This document shows positions 1 to 10,100 of a stretch of 64,000 nt of DNA, one piece after another. Origin of the DNA: Chlorokybus atmophyticus (Eukaryota; Plantae; Mesostigma and Chlorokybus algae); assembly GCA_009103225.1 (NCBI GenBank), contig RHPI01002119.1, positions 1 through 64,000 on the forward strand, read 5' to 3'. Within the stretch, counting starts at the first letter, position 1. Each line of letters opens with the position of its first letter. The notes beneath the pieces are model-generated. The model worked only from the letters and a program-made list of their open reading frames with translations, was not told the DNA's origin and did no database searches. The translations under genes were made by a program, and so were the position numbers.

Positions 1-80
1 AACCCTAACCCTAACCCTAACCCTAACCCTAACCCTAACCCTAACCCTAACCCTAACCCTAACCCTAACCCTAACCCTAA
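1..80. repeat. Telomeric repeat array (CCCTAA)n / TTAGGG-type, chromosome left end
   Basis: Perfect AACCCT repeats from base 1 to 80, ending abruptly at unique sequence (tcctgattgg). Confidence 0.98.
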
Positions 81-101
81 TCCTGATTGGCAACGACATA
101 C

Positions 102-675
102 CGCCCAGCTTTGTCTATCTGCTCTTGCTTCCGCAATGTCGGCTTGATTGTAGGGTGGGTATGGGTGAATAGTGGAGGCCTGCAGCCACGCTACGTATAT
201 CACATGGACTGCGCAGAAACAAATTGCTCTTGCAAGGAAATGCATGTGACTGTTGAGCGTACCTCTGCATTCCTTTGTGCTTGTTCCCACAGCCGCAATT
301 GGTCCCGCATGGTTCTGACAAGGGGCTCCAAGGACTGCAGCTCCCGTTCCACTCCTTGTTGCAGAAAGCGAGCCACCAAGCAGCTCTCTGTGTGAAGATG
401 GTCTTTAATGGCTTGCCTGCTGGTTTGTCCAATGTTGATGATGCATGTTGGACAGCCCCATTGCTGACGCCTGCCATGATCCATCACGTGGCGACCGGTA
501 GTAGCTGGCTTCGCTGCTTGAACTCTTACGACCACAAATTCTCGCAAGATGTGCCACGCCGCCGCCGCCGCCGCCGCCTCCTCCGACTCCTGGTCCTCCG
601 CCTCCTAGTCGAACTCAGGCCCATCAAGCCCAACATTCGACCCGTCATCGACTTGGTGCCCCTGCGTGCCATCAT
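102..675 (-). pseudogene. Spliced gene fragment with Cys/His zinc-finger-like motif, truncated by the telomere
   Basis: Exon about 675-263 reads ...EFD*EAEDQESEEAAAAAAAWHILREF...WGCPTCIINIGQTSRQAIKDHLHTESC...RNAE (TAG at 605-607). Intron 262-180 is GTACGC..CAG (83 nt). A phase-0 exon 179-102 (ASTIHPYPPYNQADIAEARADRQSWA) ends at a GTATGT donor. The true start is unresolved; an ATG after the TAG (MDHGRR) is also possible. Confidence 0.5.
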
Positions 676-736
676 CTGGCCATCAATGAAGCGTGTTTGG
701 GTGAGTGCACGCTAACTCCCATTTGGGCTGATCGAG

Positions 737-898
737 CAATGCCTCTGTCGTACCATGGATGGTACGACAGAGCCATTGTACGGCAATCGCTGGGGTTGGA
801 CGAGAGATGCCTCTGTCGTACCATAAATGTTACGACACAACCATTGGTAACAATGGTTGTACGAAGCATGCATGGCACGAATGCATAAGTCGTACCAT
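737..898. repeat. Cluster of GTCGTACCAT motifs arranged as inverted repeats
   Basis: 20-bp stem (1 mismatch) 737-756/759-778; a degenerate second copy near 808-846; 10-bp stem ACAACCATTG-gtaa-CAATGGTTGT near 837-860; lone motif at 889-898. Confidence 0.8.
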
Positions 899-1074
899 CA
901 ACCATAGGAGCAAGGACGCACTACAAGTGCGACTCTAGTGCGGGACTTTAGACATTCAAAACCGCCTCATTTTCGTTTTCGCGCCTGGTACATTCGGGCG
1001 GGCCAACCGGCAGCGTTGGAGGCGGCAGCGCCACTATCAGCTAAACAGGCGGCACCCGACTGTCAGTTGGAGAG

Positions 1075-2912
1075 ATGCCTCGTGGTCCATCCGTAAGTGC
1101 ACCTCGTCGTGGAGGTTGGCGCCAGTTGTCCACATTGCCCCCAGTGTTCAACCAAGCAACCGTCGCCAACCAATCGCAGCAAGACCCCGCGCTAACGCCC
1201 AGCACATCACAACAACTCCACCTGACACCGCAGTCGCAAGGGCAAGCTAGACTGCATGCGTTCTTGATGCACTGTGCACGTTGCTTCTTGCTCAACTTCT
1301 AACTTGGATGCTTGCTTCTATCATGACTAGCACAGTGACTCACTGCATGCGTTCTGGATACACTGTGCACGTTGTTCTTCTTTTGCAACTGTGAGGGTTG
1401 CATCTTTCATGGCTGGCAGCATGACTCATGTGGTTGTGCTTGCAGAGGGTCGATTGGAACCCCCAACCCAAACGCATTTGGCCGTGACGTGGCAACCTCG
1501 GCCGTCAGCAACCCTTCCCCAAGCAAGTGGAAGATTGGCAACGAGGTAAGCACTGTGTGACACTGTGACACTGTGTGTATGTGTGTAACGGATTGTTCTT
1601 CTGTGGACAGCATTTGCGAGATGCCGTCGTTGAAATCATAAACGGCCACTGGGTAGAGAGCCACGTTTATCCCAAGGAGGACACTATTCGTAACGTCATG
1701 TGTCAGGTGCTGTGAATGCTTCATGACCGCACTGCACCGTGACACTGACCAACCTGCCCGTGACAGGTAGTTGGCTTCGACCATGACGACGAGGCCGATG
1801 CGGCCAAGTTCTATGAGGTGTACTGGACTCCCAAGGAGTGCCCCTTCCACTGGAGTGTCGCCCTGAAGAAAGCTACGCAGGTCCGTGGTGAGAACGTCAC
1901 CAAGATCAAGCATGTCCTTGAGAAGGAGTACAAGTAGACATTGTTTAACAGCAACAAGCGCAAGTGAGTTGGGTCCCTCACCACCATGTCTGCTATGCAA
2001 CACTGCCTTCTTACTCAGCCTCCATACACACGTACTCATCTCGCCTATTGTAACCGATTCAATCAGGCACATCGACGCCCTAATGGACCCCGAGACCCAA
2101 AAAGCCCAGATGCGCAACGCGCTCCAAAGTAAGTCACAGGCACTATTCTAGCCTGGTGCAGGCTCAACTTGAACTATCTATTTCGTGACTAATGCCTTGT
2201 CGGTATGACTGTCGCAGACAAGTCATGGCGGAGATTTGAGGTGACCGACACTGCAGACCCGGAGCGGAGGAGATACATCCATGAATGGGGCAATCCCATA
2301 ATCTGGCAAATGATCGTGCAATGCTGGTCTTACGCCGTCACTACACTTGGTCGCCGGCAGCTGACAGTCAACCACCTCGCATACCCGTTGCTTACGGTAA
2401 GCACTCTGAACTCCAGCATTAGCAATCCAGGAATGCTGTAGCCCCAAACTATAGGCTTGCAGACGCGTTGCAGTGAATAGTGGCTTTCGATGCCACTAAG
2501 ACCGTCTGTGACATGCCTGTAAACTACGCAGGTGGAGCGCATCCTAAAGGGCAAGGATGGAGACCCTCTCCTAGCTGCCAGCATAGACACACATGAAGAG
2601 TACCTCAGCAAAATCAACACCATGATCATGTCAATGAAGCGGGAGATGAGGCAACGGTACGCAGCCCTCCAGCCATTCACCCTTGTGAAACGCCGCACTG
2701 CATCTTGTGTCGAATACCTGAAAGATCCCAATCGGCGCCGGCCGCAAGAGACAGCAGCTCGTGACCCGCTCGCTGAGGCAGAAGCGGCATTTGATTGGCT
2801 GGCACAACCGTTTGAGGAGGAAGAGCAAGCTCCGGCGTCTCCTCCACAGGCCCCAGCGCGTGGTGCTTTGTTCCGTAATGACGAGACCAGCGATGATGGA
2901 GAGGAGCTGTAG
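1075..2912 (+). pseudogene. 7-exon gene for an unknown protein with one in-frame TAG (1935-1937)
   Basis: Exons 1075-1241 (GC donor), 1446-1545, 1611-1706, 1767-1963, 2067-2128, 2218-2396, 2532-2912. All intron phases join into one frame, with an acidic C-terminus (ETSDDGEEL*). No recognisable family. Confidence 0.6.
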
Positions 2913-3253
2913 CGCAGTTGGTAGTCCGTTTAGCTGGTAGTGTACATAGCTACAAGGCTCTTGTGACTGAGTGTTGTGCATCTTAAACCAGCTCAGTCAA
3001 TCGTCATTATGCTCATGCACATCAATACTTGCATCCCTATGATATACAACAGAACTGCATTCGAGTCACATAATCGAACTACAAGCCTTGGCAAGTGACT
3101 GAGAGACACTGTACACATTTCAGGTACATGTACACAGCACAGGCACATAACAATTCTGGAAGTCAGTGACAATCGTGTGTAGTCAAGCTATGCAAATACA
3201 TATGACGACAGTTAGGCATTAATCACCTTCAGTTGTTAAAGAATGCCTTATTT

Positions 3254-3570
3254 TGTCGATAATTACCTAGTTGGTGCTTGTTAATTAGGCTTAGTCGCCT
3301 ACGCTGGACTGGTGTGTAACCTGCAGGTGCCTGTCACATAGGCTGAGTCACCTAAGTAAGACTAATGTGTAACTTACAGGTGCCCGTTGAGTAGTTGTAG
3401 TCACCTAATAAGGTCTGATGTGTAACTAACAGTTGCCTGTAAATTACACAAAGGGGGTTGTTGAGGCCTGGTGTGTGACTAACAGGTGCCTGTTAATTAT
3501 ATAAAGTCACCTGTTAGGCCTGACAGGTAACTGATAGGCGCCTGTTAGTTAGGCATAGTCAACTGTTAAA
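3254..3570. repeat. Degenerate 53-bp tandem repeat, about 6 units
   Basis: Unit starts at 3307, 3360, 3413, 3466, 3518, plus a decayed unit near 3254. Conserved core (gtgtaac)..CAGGTGCCTGT..AGTCACCT. Confidence 0.8.
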
Positions 3571-4089
3571 GAATAAATTGTAACAAAAAGGGCCTGATAA
3601 TAACGAAAGTTACTATTAGGTCCCTGTATCAAGATTACAGGTGGCCTGAGCCACGACAGTCTAAATTAGTGTGCTCAGGTGCACGGCCGTTGCCAATATT
3701 TAGTCGGCTGGCAGGGAAAACATATTGCGACGTGAATACTTATCTATAATTTGTGAAAAAAGTGCTGTAGCTAATACTTTTATTAACAATGATTGTTAGA
3801 CATATCCGCCCAAAAACCAACAACGCCGCGAAATCCTTAAAACCCCCGAACAGCCTCAGGTTAGGGCAGTTGACCGTATGACCCGCGGGGTCCGTGGAAG
3901 GACCACGCATAGTCCGTGAACGTCAAGCCGTGTGTTAGGCACTCCGGAATGTTTTGTGAGTAAGACCATGGTGCAATGACCAAATGTCTCTGTTGGTCAT
4001 TATAGAGATCATGTTATATCACAGGATAAACGTAAAAGCTCAGTGCGTGGGTTAGTGACGTTTTCACTATGTATACAAGTTTCAGCCTA

Positions 4090-5490
4090 GCTTCGCTTTG
4101 GTAATCCCAGCAAACATACCCGGTGTGAATGTCATTATTGGTGCCAAGTGGGAAAGGGCTGTTGGCCTATGCACAGATGCTGACATCAACTAGTGCATGT
4201 GCGCAAAGGCAAAAGACGAGTTGTCCTTGAGGCCGAGAGGCATCATGTACATGGTGATAATACTGCCCGCTTTGCAGAGATCTTACCACTTTCTGTTGAG
4301 TGCACTCTAGGTGAAGAGCGAGGTGACGAAAGGAGCCAAGCCTCTGGTCCTGATGCGTAAAAGTTTACTCACTGCAGACTCAAACACCTCTCTACAAACA
4401 AGTAGGACTATCAATTTAATCGAGCTGGCGTTGCAGCTAATCTTAAATGAGTACGCTGCAAGAAGGCCTGTAAGCACACCGTGTATCTTACAGGCTAATC
4501 CTCTTGTGCAAGATATAGGCAGTCTTATATGAGTACACTGATGTGTTCATGGAAGGCCTGCCTGATTTGCCACCTGAGAGAAGTGTATGGCACACCATGT
4601 GCCATACAGGCTATTCCTCTTGTGCAAGATGCACAACCTCTATGGCAACCAGCTTACAGGCCAAGTCTGGCTGACCATTGTGACATGAAAAGGCAACTCA
4701 AGGAGTTATTGGCAAAGGGATTGATTAAGCCAAGTAGCTCTCCCTTTGGTGCTCCTATTTGAGTTGTTCAAAAGAAGAATGGCAAATTATGCATGTGCAT
4801 AGAGTATCGGGTTTTGAACAAGCCGACCATTAATAACACGTACCCACTGCCTTGGATAGATGACTTGTTGAATCAGTTGCAAGGTGCAACTGTGTTCAGC
4901 TCGCTAGACTTGATCGCAGGGTACCACCGGATCCGTTTAACATCTGAGAATGTACCCAAGGCAGCGTTCGGTACGCCTATGGGCCACCAGTGCAAGGTGC
5001 TGCCATTTGGGTTGACAAATGCTCCTGCAATCTTCCAAGCTATGGTGAACCTGGTGTGTAAAAAATAATTGGCAGAACAATACCTGTGCACTTGAATGAT
5101 ATCTTAGTGTTTAGCAAGGACAAGCGCATGCCGCGCCTGCGCTTGTCCTTGCTAAACACCAATGTGCATGAAGTGTTGAATACACCGCGTACGCAAGTTC
5201 TATGCAGTGATGGACAAGTGTGAGTTTGGAAAGTTTAAGCTAGCTAATTTCTTAGCCACATTGTGAGCACGGAAGGAATCCGTGTGGATCATACGAAAGT
5301 TGTCGCATTCAAGACTGGATAGTGCCAAAAAACGTGCATGAGCTGCGCTCATTCCTTGATCTTAGCAATCACTTTTGAAAGTTTATGTTGGGGTACTGAA
5401 CGAGAGTAGCCCCTCTCACTGATCTTACACGTGATAAGATATAGTGGCAATGGACTGTGAGGCATTAATCTGTCATTCAATCAGTCAAAG
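4090..5490 (+). mobile_element. Highly decayed Ty3/gypsy pol fragment (protease tail, RT, connection region)
   Basis: Broken frames: IPGVNVIIGAKW; KRQLKELLAKGLIKPSSSPFGAPI; EYRVLNKPTINNTYPLPWIDDLLNQLQGATVFSSLDLIAGYHRI; LPFGLTNAPAIFQ; DILVFSKD. Many stops and frameshifts, an internal duplication near 4447-4630, no integrase. Confidence 0.9.
5107..5159. repeat. Perfect 22-bp inverted repeat inside the RT remnant
   Basis: GTGTTTAGCAAGGACAAGCGCA (5107-5128), 9-nt loop, TGCGCTTGTCCTTGCTAAACAC (5138-5159). Confidence 0.95.
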
Positions 5491-7186
5491 ATGGTTTAAA
5501 GTTGGTATGGTTCAAATTGTCAATGCACGTTACGTTGTCAGCATGTTGGCTTTGCTAGGCTCTCCCAACAACATGAGTGGCACATGCGCGCGCACATGCA
5601 CGCAGTTTATCACATGAAGGTAGTTTAAACTCGTCTAAGGGTTTGCATCCTTGATAACTTCCATGATGCAAAGATCTCGAGTCCTACTTACACCGTGTGA
5701 CGTTCATAGAGGCTTGACGACCATGTCGGGTCAGTCGGAGATGTCATGCCTGCCTTCCGTCGCTGTCCGCGGTGTACATGGCGGACTGCCACCAATGAGA
5801 GGTTGGTTAGATGGGCATTGCCTGGCATGATCATTGCATGTAGACTTGACCAAAGGGAATTTGTTAATAATACGTGACAGGAATCCAATTGAGCAATGAC
5901 AATTCAGGCTCAGCTGCATGCGCGCATGCATGGGGTGCCAGTGCGATTGAGGGTGAGGGCGGTGCACGCACACGCGCGCGATGCCGAACATGTAGGCCGC
6001 AAAAGGCACCGTTTGGGCCTCAACACTGGCAGTATAGCGGTCATCAATGCAAGCCGTGCTTACTGGTGCTTGCGCGTAGCACACACAGAGAGAGAGAGAG
6101 AGAGAGCAGTGCGCATGCCACTTATTAACTTTCAACTCTTTGTTTCTTTCTTCATCTGGGTGGCATGCTGACACGACGTTTGCTGCTGACATGTGCATGC
6201 TCCTCCTCTCCTCCGCCCACGCCTTCTTTGACCTTTTTCTTCGGAAACGACGACGGCGGCCGCCACCTTGCCTTCCAGACCAAGATGACGATCACGTTGT
6301 TGTCCTTGCCTCTCGGTGCAGCGTGCCTGCCCGCCTCGAGCTTCACGCGGCAGCGTCAACCCCACAACACACAAGCTCATGGCAACGCAAACAACGCGTT
6401 GGCGACCTCCCCGAGAAGGCCGGACCAGGGCGGGGAGCACGGAAGGGGATGGCCAGTACACCATCCTCATCTCCACTGTTATGATGATGGCAGTCGTGCT
6501 TCAGCACTGTGAAGCAGAGAAGGACTCTCTCTCTGCAGCAGAGGCAAGTTGACGGATATTAGGCTGGGGTGGACGGGCGCCCACTGCTGTGTCAGGTTGC
6601 GCCCAGCTCAAAACCGCAGAGTAAAGCCACTGGCAGCTGCCCACGACGGTTCGACCTGACATAATGGCCTCTGGCCATTTTCGTGTGTGCGTGTGCATGG
6701 TCAGGCAAGCATCCACATCCACACATTGGTTATCAGCATTCATCCTTTATTGCAAAGTGGCAATGCTTGCTGGTTAGCACCAACCACCAGCGTTGCCACT
6801 TTTTCCCATGCTGTGGCCACGCCTGGCCGTCACGTGGACCAGGAGCAGCACAAGGTGGCGGAGAGGACAGAGGCTGCACAGAAGCAGCATGAGGCTAGGT
6901 TTAGGGCGTCCGCCCGGCTTAATTCTCCCTCGCCACCTACATAAGGGGGCGAGGGGGAAGATAAGCCCATATGTGTGCTGCTGCCTTTGCTAGTGTGCAC
7001 ATTGGCGGTGGAAGGACTTGGCCTTCAACAACAAAGTAACCGGAGTAAGTTGCTGCGTGGTGATTTGCTTGCAATCAACCAGCTCCCCCCCTCCCCGCCC
7101 CCCCGCCCCCCCCCCTTCTTTACAAGGCCAACAACTCTGCTGCATGCACCAGGTTCTTACCTCCCAAGCGCCGGTACACCTACGCC

Positions 7187-10100
7187 ATGGCGCGCGCTTC
7201 ATCCATCCCAGCGCTGCTTCAAGCACACTTTCTCCGCCTTCTCTTCACCATCGCTCTATCCACACTGCTGCTCTCTTCCTCATGCGTGTCAGCGGCAATG
7301 TCCGCCTCCTCATCATTTTTGGTAGCCCGTATACTGCGCGACCTTTCCCGCCCCACGCGGATAAACTTCGCGCCCAACCCGGCCGTCGACACGCGCGCGT
7401 TTGTGGCGGAGAAGCTCGGCAGCCTACTCGTCTTTGACAGCCTCAGCGCACCTGAGAGCATGACGGTCCTTACCGACGTGTTCCAGACCATCAGCAGCGG
7501 ACAGGACCGTGGACTCCTCGGCATGGCTGGTACGTGCTGTTCCATGTGAGGGCGTGAGCGTGCATGGGCATACCTGTGGGTATATGTCACTGCACTGCGC
7601 CCCTCGCTTGCAATGGTGGTAGTTTACACACAACGACATTGGGGTGTTGCCTCTTTTGGTAAGCGTGAGACTGAATGTCAGTAGGCATGTGTCTGTACAT
7701 GCACTCACACGCTGTTGTTACATGCCCACAGTGACGCCCGTGCCGGGGTCGAGCGACGTGTATGTGTTCCTGCAGTACACTACGCCGTACGTGGTGGCCA
7801 ACGCGACGTGCCAGTCGACGTGGTGCCTGGCCAACCGCCGTCTGCTGCGCGTGCGCGTCAACCGCAGCAACACTGTGATCGAGCAGACGATCCTCCTGTC
7901 TCAGGGAACCTGCTTTGAGGATTCCACACACCAGATAGGCAATGTCTTCTATGATCCCACCTCGGACCCGCCAGCAATCTACCTCACCGCAGGAGACGGT
8001 AAGGGTAGGATGGCAAGGTGTATCTGTCGTGACTAGACTTGCACCGTGAACGCATGCAAGAAGACGCACCTGTGTATGTACACACACATGCACACGCACA
8101 GGCATGCACATGAGCACGCGCACACAAGTGCACACGCGTGCGTGCTCTCAGGTGCGTATCCTGAGACCGTTGACTTTGGCGGCAATGGCAACGCGTGCGG
8201 GGACTACCCGGGAGCGTCAGGCGATTTGCTCACACCGCCCACGACGGAGGGCGGGGCTTTCCGGTCCCTCCACTACATGACCCGCTACCCGGTTCGTGCT
8301 TCTCACACTGTTGTGTGTGGCGATCAGTGGCAGTCGCAAATAGACACATATTTGACGAGTGGCTCGTGTCTCTCCTGCCTGCAGGGACCCTGGACAGCCA
8401 AGTTTGGTGGCACGCTCGTACGCCTTGACCTCGACGGCAAGTAAGTCCTCTCAACTACTGGTACTGTGATTAGGAAAACGCGCATGATTGATTGAGGCAG
8501 TCGTCCAAGAGCGGATTATTGTCTCATAGTATGCTCTTCATGCATGTGTGCATGTGCGTGCGTGTGTGCTTTGCTGGTGTCACACACACGCGCGCACACG
8601 TGCAATAGTTGCTGCTGCATTGTCTCTGAGTGAGACTTGCTTGTTCAGTCCGCATCCGGGCAATCCAGATTACAGTCGTGTGCGCATAGCGGGCGGATTG
8701 TGGACACCTGACAAGAAGGCCGTCGTGGCGTACGGGCTGCGTAACCCGTTCGCGTCAACGTGGCGCTACCACCCCAAAAACGATGGAACAATGGAGGTGT
8801 GGATTGGAGATGTAGGCTGGAACACATGGGAAGAGCTCAACAGGTAGGCCAATGTCATGTTGTCGTTGTTGTTGTTGTTCCGCTGCTGCTGGTTTCGATG
8901 CATTGAGGATGTGGTGCTCTTGGTTGTATCTCAGGTTGACTTATCCGACAGCAAACAGAGCCAAAACCAATGGCGGCGCATCCAACTTCGATATGACATG
9001 ACTGTTGTCTTGACTATGCATCCGGTCGATTGTCTGCTTGACGATGCGATCCCAACGCCACTCTCACAGGGTGGCCTTGTTACGAGGGCAAAGACCCTCA
9101 GCCGGGCTACCAGTCCATCAATACGACGCTGTGCAACGACCTCAACACCAGATGCAACGGCGTCTTCCCCATCGCCCCTTTCTTCACGTACCAGCACGGC
9201 AACATGCCCAACAACTTCAGGCATGAGACCGCCACAGAAAAGCTGCCACGACTCTCACGACACGCACACGCATACAGATGCTGATGGGTATTGCTGCTTG
9301 GGTACAGGTTGGGTTGCACGAAAGCAAGCCAGGGCATGGTACAGGATACGGGATCCATCACTGCTTTACACTTCGTCACCATCACTTTGTGGCCCGCTCA
9401 AGTGAGCACAGCTGCTTGCATTCTGTGCCAAGAGCCGCATGGGTGCTTGAGCATACCAGTATGCATTGTTCTGAACCACTACTCCTTCCTCAAACAGTAC
9501 CAGGGCGCTCTGCTCATGGGAGACTACAGGTACAAGTGTCAAACCATGGTGGCATGGTCATGATGGCTGTAATTTAGTGCTTGATTGATGCGACTCACTG
9601 GCGTTCGTGTTCATGGCAATAACGATACGGTGTATTTATTACAGCATCAGGTGTATATGGCTGCTGCCTTTGACTGCCGGTTTGCCGGACCCGTCGAAGG
9701 CGTTCACTCTGGTCGACGACATCGGCGTGCTGGACATCAAGACGGACGGGGTGGGCACATACGCCGTGGAATATGGGGGTGATCTCCCCGGGGAGGTATA
9801 CCGCATCCTACACGCAAGCGAGAACTACTTTGATGCGAGAATCAGTGCATCAACAAACTCCCCAAACTCCACCGTAGTGGACAACGTCGTGCTCGGGGTG
9901 GCCCCACTGACGGTGTCTTTCGACTCGTCGACCTCGTTTGTCAGTCCCAACGTAAGCGTCGTGCGTGCGTGGGACTTGAAGACGGATAGCTCCACTTCAG
10001 TCCAATCCACCGCAGTGACGGCCTCCGCCACATACGTGACTCCAGGGACCTTCATCGCCACGCTTGCGATGACGGGGCCGGATGGGATCACTCGCTCAGA

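Noticed and set aside
605-1937. Reassigned genetic code (TAG as Gln), suggested by in-frame TAGs in the two subtelomeric genes
   Set aside because: TAG ends the intact hemE, dynein, CCT8 and CGS genes, and I found no internal TAG/TAA in their long frames.
3254-3570. CRISPR array
   Set aside because: Degenerate tandem units with no identical repeats or unique spacers, eukaryotic context and no cas genes.
3794-4022. Possible LTR (TGTTAG...ATCACA) with small hairpins upstream of the left gypsy remnant
   Set aside because: No second copy, primer-binding site, polypurine tract or target-site duplication to support the boundaries.
5700-7150. Several overlapping 60-155-aa ORFs
   Set aside because: No recognisable motifs, no consistent splice model, and low-complexity or microsatellite content.
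8991-9069. U12-type (AT-AC) intron
   Set aside because: The donor is ATATGA rather than ATATCCT, the intron ends in AG, and there is no TCCTTAAC branch site.
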